In this document: positions 14,201 to 27,900 of the stretch, one piece after another
Layout of the letters: each line of letters begins with the position of its first letter
Numbering within the stretch: the first letter of the stretch is position 1
Origin: Ostrea edulis
Lineage: Eukaryota
DNA: 64,000 nt
Direction of reading: 5' to 3'
NCBI RefSeq assembly: GCF_947568905.1
Contig: NC_079172.1
Span: 64,790,001-64,854,000 of the forward strand
Program-made: the position numbers and the translations under genes
Notes under the pieces: model-generated
What the model was told of the DNA's origin: nothing
The model's input: only the letters and a program-made list of their open reading frames with translations
Databases searched by the model: none

Positions 14201-17200
14201 GTACATGTAGCAGATCTTTAAATTCTTATTCATGTACAAAACGTGTAACATGATTATTCCTGAGAAAAGTTTCAGATTTCTCCAGATTGTTGCATTAGAT
14301 ACTTAAGAGTGGTCTGGATAAGATTTACGAATTTTTGAGTTTGTGAAATGTGGCATTAAAGGCCCACTGTGGCTCAAAAATTAAGTTCTTTCTTTGTGTG
14401 TTTTGCAATGCAAAAAGATAGAGCTGTTAAAATATAACCATATTGAATATTTGAAATACGCGACACAATCCGTACAGATAGATCCTTTGTGGTTAGCCTC
14501 TAATCATTAACATTTAATAACATAATTAATACGAAACATGATACAGCTTAAAGACATTTATAAATCATCCGGAATTAAGAAATCAGTTTACAGATTGGAT
14601 AGATTTTAACATGTGTGTGTGTATCACATGATAGTGTTTGACAGTAACTGGTGCAGAGAAAACATTGTAGCGCGAGATTAATAGAATCCTTCATTAGTAC
14701 GAGTGTGGGATAGAGAAATTCCACCGAGGGGACAAGATTCGCAGTCTAGGACGAGGCTTTGCCGAGTCCTAGACAGCGAATCTTGTTCTAGAGGTGGAAT
14801 TTCCCTATCCCACACGAGTAAATAATGAAGGATTATTTTTCTCACATTTTACCTACAGTTTAGTGCATAAATTTGGGAGCTTTGAGAAAATTCTAAATTA
14901 TCAAAATCCTCATTTCAACTTCGATGCAAAAATTAATTAGATAGACAGAAAGAGCATACCCGAAAATGGTTTACACTTTAAGTGTAAACTAAAAAACCCA
15001 AGGTTGTCCAACAGAAAGCTATACACATTAAAATTTAAAGATAACAAAGCAAAATAATTTTACTTTACCGTGTAACGTAAATCTTCACCGTGTAACGTAA
15101 ATCATAGAAAATATATGATGTCACAATCAAATGACGTCGCAGCAGTGTGAGACAGAAAAATCTCACATGGCTGTCTCACATGGGTAAAGTCGATCTCACA
15201 CTGGTGATAATGTGAGATAAATCTGTCTTGAGTACGATTGCTTTGTTTCATTCACCTTTTACTGATTTGGTAAGAACTTGTGGTCTTCTCACTGGATGTA
15301 AACGCTGGACGTCGAGCAGCAATGATTTGGATTTCTCTGCGTGTACTTGACATTAGGAAGGGGAGAGGGTTGGAATTGATAACATTTTTGTGCTGGGCTA
15401 AGATTAAATTGTTTACTTTATAACTGGAATTGTTAACTTTTGTACCTTGTCAATGCTTTGAAAGTTAAGTTAATATTTTCAAGAATGAAATAAAAATTTC
15501 ATAAGTCCTGTTTAAATCTTACTTACCCTGTTTTTACATATGACTAAGACGGAAGCAGGAATTCGTAAACTTTGGTTTTGATTTACAGAACAAACTGTAT
15601 ATGTTTGGAGGAGTTCTGGGAGACGAAACATCGAAAGATCTGTGGACGTATGATACGATGACACAGACCTGGGTGAGGCAGCACTATAACCGGACAATTC
15701 CCATGGGAGTGGCCGGTCACTCGGCACATGTCGTCAAGGGAGTCATGTACATTCTGTTTGGGTACAGTCCCTTGTATGGCTACCAGAACAGGATTCAGGA
15801 ATACAATATAGGTAAGGACATTGCAGGATAGTTAGTAATGTAGAAATACAGAGATTGTGCTCTCCTTAGTAATGTAGAAATACAGAGATTGAACTCTCGT
15901 TAGTAATGTAGAAATACGGAGATTGAGCTCTCGTTAGTAATGTTGAAATACAGAGATTGAGCTCTCGTTAGTAATGTAGAAATACAGAGATTGAGCTCTC
16001 CTTAGTAACGTAGAAATACAGAGATTGAGCTCTCCTTAGTAATGTAGAAATATGGAGATTAAGCTCTCATTAGTAACGTAGAAATACAGAGATTGAGCTC
16101 TCCTTAGTAATGAAGAAATACAGAGATTGAGCTCTCCTTAGTAATGTAGAAATATGGAGATTAAGCTCTCATTAGTAACGTAGAAATACAGAGATTGAGC
16201 TCTCCTTAGTAATGAAGAAATACAGAGATTGAGCTCTCCTTAGTAATGAAGAAATACAGAGATTAAGCTCTCCTTAGTAATGTAGAAATACAGAGATTGA
16301 GCTCTCGTTAGTAATGTAGAAATACAGAGATTGAGCTCTCGTTAGTAATGTAGAAATACAGAGATTGAGCTCTCGTTAGTAATGTAGAAATACAGAGATT
16401 GAGCTCTCGTTAATAAAGTAGAAATACAGAGATTGAGCTCTCATTAGTAATGTAGAAATACAGAGATTGAGCTCTTGTTAGTAAAGTAGAAACTTTTTCC
16501 TATTATTCAACACTACCTGTTGGTTGTAATAGTAGAACTGAAAGTAAGGACATCTGTTGGTTGTGAGATTAAAACTGAAAGTAAGGGCACCTGTCAGTTT
16601 TGTGAGGAGTATTCTGTGGTGTCAGAGGTGATGGCATAGAATTCCAGATTCTGTAAGAAAACTGTGTTAGTTTTGACAAAGTATAGCATCAATGTTTTGT
16701 GAAATTCATTATGAATAGCATACTTTTCATTTGTTTTCAGCGAATGAAAGCTGGATTGTGCCACGGACCTATGGTGCCCTGGTTCAGGGAGGGTATGGCC
16801 ACTCCAGTGTGTATTACCCAGCCCTAGGTAAAATCTACATTTATGGGGGATACCATGCCCGCAGTACCTCGAACTATGACCTCACTGATCAGCTGTACTC
16901 GTTTGAGCCGGCCACAAGAACTTGGTAAGTGTTCGATAGAAGGTCCCTCAGAGGAATTAAAAACTGATTATAAACCATAAAAATTTTGAAATATTTTTTG
17001 AAAAATCTGTTACAAATTTATTAGAAGTATGCACTATAAGGATTGAAATTTAAGAGAAATCTCGAGATTTGGTATATCTTTTTTCAAACTTCAATGTTTT
17101 TTAGACCATTGTTACATCATTTCTTATTGTTCGTCATTATAATGCAAGCATTTTATCGTGTCTGGTTTTTTTGTTGTTTTTTTTTACCAAAAACGTGCTG

Positions 17201-20200
17201 TTTGAGTGGGTTTTTTTTAATTTCACAAACATTAAATGTGATGGATACTAAATGATATTTTTCTGCTGTTGACCTAGTTTTGAATGCTACACACACAGAC
17301 AGTATTCAGTAACAATGAGATACTTGTTTGTGTAATCACTATATTTAGTGAAAGGAAATCCCTAACCAATCCCTAACCAATGAGACACTTGTTTGTGTAC
17401 TCACTATATTTAGTGAAAGGAAATCCATAACCAATCCCTAACCAGTGAGACACTTGTTTGTGTACTCACTCTATATTTAGTGAAAGGAAATCCCTGCAAA
17501 AGGTTTACTTTTTCATTGGGCAATGTAACTTTTGAAAAATGAAATAAAGCTGTACATTTGAGCCGTTCCTAACAAAAAAGGGCCCTTCAGTATATTAGTG
17601 CTAAAGTGTGAACTATAGAGAACATCCCTCAAAATATCAGAGCAATGTTGATTGTCGTTGAAATATTACAGTCAATCAAAGATGACAACCAACTTGTGAT
17701 TGGTAATCATGACCTTTTTTTTTTTTTTTTACAAGTATGCAAAAAATGACGTTACATTTTTTCATTATGACGTTTTTTGAAAAACGTTGGATAAGATAAG
17801 GGCCTTTTTTGCTAGGAATGGCTCATTTTATGATTTTGAATCATATCATTATAAGCATTGCTCAATAAATATATATCAGAAAGCTCTACATACACTCTTC
17901 CTCAAAATGGAGTCAAATATGCTTACATAAAATCGTTTTTGGGCCAGATTGGGTCTGATTGTCCTTTACAGCAGAAGAAATACGTACATTTGTATGTTGT
18001 TGTTAATGTTGGTGTGTTGTGTATGCGGGTATGTTAAGGCAGGTCATACTCCATTTAAGCACATAAACTACATAATTTTTAAAATCTGCCCTACACAGAG
18101 AGAGGGAGCTACTAACTTTTAAAAACTATTTTGGTTGTTTTCATGAGAACATTTTGTATCATAACAACATGACAAACATATGCTTATGATGTCATTACAT
18201 GACTGTTATAAATAGATCACGGATGTACCTTAATAGAAAATGGAAAAGTAGCACACTACCCCAGGATTTAAATATTAGTCTAACTGGCTATAATGGCGGT
18301 AAAACACCCATAGTTCATCAAGATTGCTGCTAGAATCCTACCGCTTTCAGTAAGAAATGATTATTAAACATTTATAAACGAAACCCTCTAGCCTATGTTT
18401 CACATTTTACACTGATGCTATGCAGTTTTCTTTGAAAGTTTTCATAACAGACAATTCTATCAGTAATAACCACATACATTGGTTTATGACTTTTCACACG
18501 GTGTATAAAAAGTCTCCAAAAGTATGCGGCGTAGTGTGTTACTTTTGCAGTTTTATTTCAGTGTGTGACAGAGGAAAATCGGATCGACATGCTAAATGGA
18601 ATGTTTTCCAAGTTAAACAAAATTGTCAATCAATGAAATCAACATAACTTCATAATGTCAATAAATTCTCAGTGTTTTACAAGTATATTCCGTATATCCC
18701 ATGTCATATACTCCACATTTTCTCCATATTTGCATGGCACACATTAACAAATTCCTTGCATGTGTCAACGTCATTCGATGTATAGTTATGACGTCATCAG
18801 TTTACTTTCATATTGATCAGACAGAAATTACACAACAGCAGTATAACATTCCATATTTCTTTGGATCTTAGTAGTTGCATGGTTTATTTTATGCATAAAT
18901 AAAACTCACATAAAAATAAAATCCGAATTTAACATATATACATGTACATAGTGATATACTTCTGTGACAGCACATAGTTTCGCGGATTTTATCTTAGTAA
19001 TGATTTTCATAACCTGCCTTAACGTACCTGCATAGGTGTGTTGTTTATGTATGTTTGTTGTTGTTTATGTATGTGTGTTGTTGTTTATGTATGTGTGTTG
19101 TTGTTTATGTATGTTTGTAGTTGTTTATGTATGTGTGTTGTTGTTTATGTGTGTTGTTGTTTATGTATGTTTGTTGTTGTTTATGTATGTGTGTTGTTGT
19201 TTATGTATGTGTGTTGTTGTTTGTTGTTGTTTATGTATGTGTGTTGTTGTTTATGTATGTGTGTTGTTGTTTATGTATGTGTGTTGTTGTTTGTTGTTGT
19301 TTATGTATGTGTGTTGTTGTTTATGTATGTGTGTTGTTGTTTATGTATGTTTGTAGTTGTTTATGTATGTGTGTTGTTGTTTATGTGTGTTGTTGTTTAT
19401 GTATGTTTGTTGTTGTTTATGTATGTTTGTAGTTGTTTATGTATGTGTGTTGTTGTTTATGTGTGTTGTTGTTTATGTATGTTTGTTGTTGTTTATGTAT
19501 GTGTGTTGTTGTTTATGTATGTGTGTTGTTGTTTGTTGTTGTTTATGTATGTGTGTTGTTGTTTATGTATGTGTGTTGTTGTTTATGTATGTTTATAGTT
19601 GTTTATGTATGTTTGTTGTTTATATAGGTGTGTTGTTTTCCTATACGTGTATATTTTCTGTAACAGGACAAAACTTCGCAGTAACCAGCTGCCCCGTTAT
19701 CTTCACTCGGCTGTGATCATCGACGGAATGATGGTTGTATTTGGGGGAAACACACACAATGACACGTCGGTCAGCCTGGGGGCTAAGTGTTACTCTCCGG
19801 ATGTTCTGCTGTATGACATAGGTGAGAATATATTTATATGTAGACACTACAAAAGTGGGTAGGAGATGTATTCATTTTCATTTCACCTTAATCCTTCTAC
19901 TGAGATAATTTCATTGGGGGTAGGGTCACCTTAATCCTTCTACTGAAATAATTTCATTGGGGGTAGGGTCACCTTAATCCTTCTACTGAAATAATTTCAT
20001 TAGGGGTAGGGTCACCTTAATCCTTCTACTGAAATAATTTCATTGGGGGTAGGGTCACCTTAATCCTTCTACTGAAATAATTTCATTAGGGGTAGGGTCA
20101 CCTTAATCCTTCTACTGAAATAATTTCATTGGGGGTAGGGTCACCTTAATCCTTCTACTGAAATAATTTCATTGGGGGTAGGGTCACCTTAATCCTTCTA

Positions 20201-23200
20201 CTGAAATAATTTCATTGGGGGTAGGGTCACCTTAATCCTTTTACTGAAATAATTTCATTGGGGGTAGGGTCACCTTAATCCTTCTACTGAAATAATTTCA
20301 TTAGGGGTAGGGTCACCTTAATCCTTCTACTGAAATAATTTCATTGGGGGTAGGGTCACCTTAATCCTTCTACTGAAATAATTTCATTGGGGGTAGGGTC
20401 ACCTTAATCCTTCTACTGAAATAATTTCATTGGGGGTAGGGTCACCTTAATTCTTCTACTGAGATAATTTCATTGGGGGTAGGGTCACCTTAATTCTTCT
20501 ACTGAGATAAATTCATTAGGGGTAGGGTCACCTTAATTCTTCTACTAAGGTAATTTCATTGGGGGTAGGGTCACCTTAATTCTTCTACTGAGATAATTTC
20601 ATTGGGGGTATGGTGACCTTAATTCTTCTACTGAAATAATTTCATTGGGGGAAGGGTCACCTTAATTCTTCTACCGAGATAATTTCATTAGGGGTAGGGT
20701 CACCTTAATTCTTCTACTGAGATAATTTCATTAGGGGTAGGGTCACCTTAATTCTTCTATTAAGGTAATTTCATTGGGGGTAGGGTCACCTTAATTCTTC
20801 TACTGAGATAATTTCATTGGGGGTATGGTGACCTTAATTCTTCTACTGAAATAATTTCATTGGGGGAAGGGTCACCTTAATTCTTCTACCGAGATAATTT
20901 CATTAGGGGTAGGGTCACCTTAATTCTTCTACTGAGATAATTTTATTGGGGGTGGGGTGGTGGGTACACATACAGAGTGAGTGTATGAAGCAGGACAGGG
21001 CGGTACTTTGCATGTTGTGTGTGAAGGCTGTATTTCTCTAATAAGTTCTTAAGTCTGTGGTACCTTATGTAAGAAGATAAAAATATTGATAACCTTTCAG
21101 TTTCTCCACCAACAATTTACAGGTCTTTAGGAATATGGGGGTAGGAAATTGAAAATTTGTTACCCATTTTTGGGAGTTGAACTATGTTCAATCTCCCTGG
21201 GTCATCACACACTTTTCTGCGCAGTAATTTGTATTGATTTGTATAGTGGTCGTCAGCGGGGGTTCTGTGTCAGCTGATTTACTCTTAGGTAAATCAACAT
21301 AAACTTTTATAAACATCCGCCTTTAAATAATCCATGTAACTTTTCTGAATTAATCTAATTTTGATAATTGACATGTAAATAAATGCAATGATATTGTATT
21401 CAAATCAATTTGAATACAAGATTTCGATCAAATTGATACTGATATACATAGAAAAATAAAAGATAAGGTTGAAAGTTGTCGTTTGTAGCGCAGCGTCACC
21501 TATAAACATTGATAGGGAAACGAACGACAACTGCACGCAAGCCCTATTGACACCGTGGCGCGAAATATCGAATATGGTGCGAAACCTCAGAAAATTTACA
21601 AGAAATAACTCTACAACATTGTGTATGTGTATATATTTGGTTTTTTTTTTAATGTGATATAAAAAATGCTTGATGTTACATGTAGATTGAATTAAAACAC
21701 GTCATTCCCAGTCAACAACTTTCGATTGGGATCGGAATACGAAATAAAACTTCTTATATCCGGTGGCAAAGTGAAACTGCTTCATGCTTCAAGTTATTGA
21801 ATTACGTAGTAATTGCACGTTACACATTAGAGAACTGTTCCTTTTAATAAAGAAAGTCACAAAATAGATACAAAATGAGTGTACCTTATTCATTACTGTT
21901 ACCGAGCTTTCGTCGACTACAATCTCGAAATGCCGTGTTTCGCTGCGCTTGATGACGGTAAGGTCCACATTTTCTACGTGAGTAGTGTGATATTTGTTTA
22001 TGAATTTTTTGCGCATACATGGTATGTCTCGGCTAGGAATAATGGAAACTTTCTCACCTATGTATGTAAAGACATATTAATCTCTATTTTTAAAAATGTA
22101 GAACACTTTTATCAAATGACAATGTTTGAAAACGCTTAGAGCCCCGATGTCAGAATTTCCTTTTCCAAGACATCAATATGTCAAATTCATTATCCTTTTT
22201 GAATAGTATGTACCATATTTTGTACCAGTTATCCATTTTGAATCCCCTATTACAATGGGATTTTGCTGCACTCTGTAATGTTTGAGTGGATGTCATGAGT
22301 GTGTGTCAAACAGAAATTTTAAGAGCATGGGATAAGGTGCTGCCATGTATTACTTCACTATCAAAGTTTAACCCAGTTGCCACAATGTTGAATTTATGCT
22401 ACAAAAAGGATTGGAAATTGCTCTGGTCAAAACACATTGTTTATTTGTCTACAGATGAAAGAGACATGAGGATTCTCCCTCACAAACTGAGAGAAAAAAA
22501 TAGTTATGGATCTTGTACATGTATAGTTTATTAATCACTATAGATTTCCAGCATCACAAGTCTGATTCCACTATATGCTTTCCATACTGTCAGGTTCATT
22601 CACCCCCTGTTTGAGCCACAGTATAATATCCCAAATACCTTGGCAATAAATAACATTATTTGACTAGTGTTTCATTTTTAGCGGAGTTGCGATGAAGTCG
22701 AACTCGGCTTATGATCTGATGAAGTGCCTTTGGGCGGGCAGGCGGACACGCATCAACATTTCATTTCCGCACCATAGCTCTTGAACGAATTATAGGATCT
22801 CAATCAAACTTAGATCGATTAAGTAAGACAAGAAGCCTATCGATTCCGGGGTCACAAGGTCAAAGTCACAGTGGATATAAATAGACTGAAATTTGGAGAA
22901 AATTTTGTTTTCTGCACTATAATTTTTTAACAAATTATAGGATCTCAATTAAACCTAGATGGATTATCGCCCTTGATGAGACAAAGAAGCCTATTGATTT
23001 TGGTCAAGGGTTAAAGGTCAAGGTCACAAAGGATTTAAGTCGGCTGAAATTTATGTACGCAAAATTTTGCTCCCTGCTTGATAATTCTTGAAAACTTTTC
23101 TGCCGGTTCCCTCTATGCCCATTCCTTGCGCAACTCGGCTTGTGCATTTCCGATGCCCGACAATTTCTAATTTTTTTGCATTTCATTTATTTTAAGTTAT

Positions 23201-24857
23201 TATACAATTATTTACCATTCCATTGATCCTCTACAGGACTGTAGTATACTCAGGTGACAGTTTAGCATATTGAACTACCTTTTCAAGTAATGAATCCTTA
23301 GAATTAGCTATAACTAGGATTAAACTTGAATGTATATATACAGGGGAAAAACTTCTTCATAACTGCAAGGCATTGATAACCATACTGATTTGAATGTTTG
23401 GGCCATAATATGTGGTCACATTTTTCATGAGAATATAAAAGGGTGAAATTCTAGAAAACAACAACACGACTTCAGTTACTCGAGGAGCGTTGTGGTCCAT
23501 GGGCCTTCCATTATCCATGTTTGCTGTTGTAACGCTTTGAAAAACAACAACAGTTGATTTGTATCTAAAATCATGATAATATTCAGTCATTTATCCCCCT
23601 ACCCTTCCAGCACTATCTTTTCTAACTGAATTTCCACAATGTTCAACTCCCATGAGTACTTTAAGTACTTTGATTCATTTGTGGCCCACTTTCCCTTTTG
23701 AATTGCTCCTATGGGGCAAAAATGGGTGGATGATATTGTATCTAATTGAGAAAAATATACTGGTAGCATAATGATGTGTTGTTATAATGGTGTGTTGTTT
23801 TCAGAGTGTAACAAGTGGTCCCAGCTCCAGTCAACTGTCTTGACATCACACGGTGCACGCTACGGTCACGCGGCTGTCCCGGTGGAGAGGTGAGTTTTGA
23901 CTACATTGTGTGCTAGTTATTAACTAGAGGTGAAATGATACTGTATCTTTTCGATTCGATTCAATTTTCAATACTTTAGTCTCGATTCGATGATTTTCGA
24001 TTTGATACAATAGCATGTACCAAATTCTTTATAATGCTAAGATTTTTTTAATGTTTCAATGTATTTATTGCTCTCTGCAAATAAATTCTACATAATATAA
24101 AAGCGTTTAAGCATTTTTCAACTCAACTGCGTCCATTTTGATACAGCAAAGTTTTCTCGTACGTTGAATGGGCAATTTGCAATTCCATTGACCAATCAGA
24201 AACCGTGTTATCAAAAACAATGTGTGCTATGATACTAGAATGGTATCGAACCAAAACAGATCCGAAATAAATCAGAACATCGAATCGAAACCACTACATC
24301 GCGATTCGGCTGAATCGCAATGCATTGTTTCACCCCTATTATTAATGTGTCTCTCTGTTTATCTGTCTGTCTCACATTCTGTCTGTCCGTCTGTCTCACA
24401 TTCTGTCTGTCCATCTGTCTGTCTGTCTGTCTCACTTTCTGTCTGTCCATCTGTCTGTCTCGCATTCTGTCTGTCCATCTGTCTGTCTCACTTTGTGTAT
24501 GTCCATCTGTTTAAAAGCAAGGTAGTTTTCTCACAGAAAATTTCAGGATCATCAATTTTGAAAATAGGTGATATGCAGGTATTCATTTAATATTAACACT
24601 AAATAATCTAAATCTACTGGACACAATTCTATATTCTGTTGATTGTCACTAATCTTACTTTTGTATCTTGTAATAATTACTGTACAAACAAGTATGATGT
24701 ATTGGAATTCTTTTTGATAATGTATGTATCTGTTTTGCCTCAGCAGTGGTTTTTAGCTCACCTGAGCTGAAGGCAAGTGAGCTTTTCTGATCAAAATTTG
24801 GCTGCTGTCAGCGTTGGGGTAAACTTTTCACATTTTCATCTTCTCCAGAACCACTAA

Positions 24858-24901
<44 letters not shown>

Positions 24902-27900
24902 TCTTTCAAGTCTGTTCAAATGAAGGGCCAAGCCCTCTTCAAAGGGGAGATAATCACCAAAAAATGCAAAAATATTCTTCATAAGAACCACTGGACCAGA
25001 GGAGTTGAAATTGACATGAAAGCTTTCTGACATAGTGCAGATTCAAGTTTGTTCAAATCATGGCCCAAGGGGTAAGTTGGGGCCACAATAGGGAACAAAG
25101 TTTTACATACAAATATATAATGAAGGTCATTTAAAATCTTCTGAAGAATCACCGGGCCAGGAAAGTTTACATTTACTTGAAAGCTTCCTGCCATAGTGCA
25201 GATGCAAGTTTGTAAAAATCATGGCCCCCGAGGGAAGGTTGGGGCCACAATAGAGATCAAAGTTTTACCTGCGAATATATAGCAAAAATCTTTAAATATT
25301 GGCCAAGGTGACTCAGGTGAACAATGTGGCCCATGGGCCTTTTGTATATATGTATTTACTGACATCACATTCTGATAAGAACAATGACAATGTGTTTCCA
25401 TCCTTTGCTGTAGGAATGGTGGGATAGCGATGCTGGTTTTAGGCGGGTTCAGTGGAATCATGGAGCCCAATGCCATTTTGTTCTCCCCAGGTAAAACACC
25501 GAAATTGGTTCCGGCAATTATGCCCCTCAGAATACGGAGTTGAACTTTCTGCAAATGATAGTGATTTTCAAATTGCCAAGAAAATTTTAAAGAGGTTTAG
25601 GTTGACCTTGCCAGCCAGAATCTTAGTGAATTTACCCATAAACATGATATTAGCGTAGATAGTGAAATGATAATGATTTACCAGATTTATTCCTCTGTTT
25701 GAATGTCTTAACATCAATTTATCAATGTACTTAATAATAGTTATTTACTAGAGTTATCCCTCTTGTATTAACGTCTTGTAATCGATTTATCAATGTACGT
25801 AATAATAGTTATTTACTAGAGTTATCCCACTTGTATTAACGTCTTGACATCGATTTATCAATGTACGTAATAATAGTTATTTACTAGAGTTATCCCTCTT
25901 GTATTAAAGTCTTGACATCGATTTATCTATGTACATATTAGAGTTTGATACTTTGTAGTACTTCATTAGTTTAAGAATTATTTCTCTTATCAGAGGGACA
26001 TTTGTACCTTACATGTGTCAAAGAATTATTTCTCTTATCAGAGGGACATTTGTACCGTACATGTGTCAAAGGGAGAGAAGGACATTAAGTGTTAGATCAC
26101 GTTTTAAAAGGTTTTAGATGGCATCATTAAAGATCATATGAAATGGTTGATTATTATATTCAGCTTAGAAATAAATTACCTTCTGTTCACAGGATCTAGG
26201 TTTAGTTATGTCGTTTTATATTACATCATGTGATTCTTTCTCACAGGAAACTGCTCCTACTACACGTCTAAGGACGACTGTGTGAACTCCGTACAGGGCA
26301 GGTCGTGTGTGTGGAGGGCGGGGCAGTGTCTGCCTATAACACAGGTCAACCCACAAAGCAGTGGAGTGGAGAAGAAGACATGTGATCCTACAGAAGGTAG
26401 GTCCCTCCTGATAGTAAAACAAACTCACTCAGAAGGTAGGTCTCTCCTGACAGTAAAACAAACTCACTCAGAAGGTAGGTCTCTCCTGATAGTAAAACAA
26501 ACTCACTCAGAAGATAGGTCCTTCCTGATAGTAAAACAAACTCACTCAGAAGGTAGGTCTCTCCTGACAGTAAAACAAACTCACTCAGAAGATAGATCTC
26601 TCCTGATAGTAAAACAAACTCACTCAGAAGGTAGATCTCTCCTGACAGTAAAACAAACTCACTCAGAAGATAGATCTCTCCTGACAGTAAAACAAACTCA
26701 CTCAGACTCACTCAGAAGATAGATCTCTCCTGATAGTAAAACAAACTCACTTAGAAGGTAGGTCTCTCCTGATAGTAAAACAAACTCACTCAGAAGATAG
26801 ATCTCTCCTAATAGTAAAACAGACTCACTCAGAATGTAGGTCTCTCCTGACAGTAAAACAAACTCACTCAGAAGATAGATCTCTCCTGATAGTAAAACAA
26901 ACTCACTCAGAAGATAGATCTCTCCTGACAGTAAAACAAACTCACTCAGAAGGTAGATATATCCTTATAGTAAAACAAACTCACTCAGAAGGTAGGTCTC
27001 TCCAAATAGTAAAACAAACTCACCCAGAAGGTAGGTCTCTCCTGACAGTAAAACAAACTCACTCAGAAGGTAGGTGTCTCTCTAAGAGTAAAACAAACTC
27101 ACTCAGAAGATAGATCTCTCCTGATAGTAAAACAAACTCACTGAAAAGGATAAAGATCTGAAATGTTGCTATTGGGATTGAGTAGATTTAGAAACTGAGA
27201 ATTTAATGAGTATTGGGGGTCGATTCGATGCAGATGCTCCTTGTTTTCTGGGGTTATTGTAGTGTGATGTTCATTGCCTATAAAAGTTTAAGTAAGTAAA
27301 CTGATAGAAAATGTTGATGATATTTTGACACTGACAATTGTGTTTGTGTTTTGCAGGTCAGGATAAGATTTGTGGTTCCTTCAGATCATGCCCGACGTGT
27401 CTCTCTACTGCGTTCGGTTGTGTGTGGTGCGTCAACAACTGTACAGCTGCAGACAAGTGTAGCAACACCAACATAATGGTAGGATATCACACAAAATGTC
27501 AACTCCAAGTCGGATTTAATGTAAAAGATATTTCTCGCTCTCAGTTCTTACTGTACAAAAAAGTTTCATGATTAATTTCTTGGAAAAAGTTTTAACAGAT
27601 TGGTTTGTAAGAACAGGAATTGTATAAATAATGATGTAGAAAAGATACAGAACTTTTCACTTCAGATGAGTAACACCATTGTAGCGTTTTGTTTTGGTAG
27701 ATCATATTCAGATCTTAAGATATTCACATACGTTTCCCTGTGAACAGGGATGAATGGAAAGTTTATGCAAGTGGTCGTAAATTTTAATATTATCTTTATT
27801 TTTTCGCTCCTTTGAAGATTACCGTGTGTGTTATTATTTTTGATGTAGTCAAAGACTTAGTTATCAGTTAGATCTATCAAAGAAAAGCCATGTTAATGAA

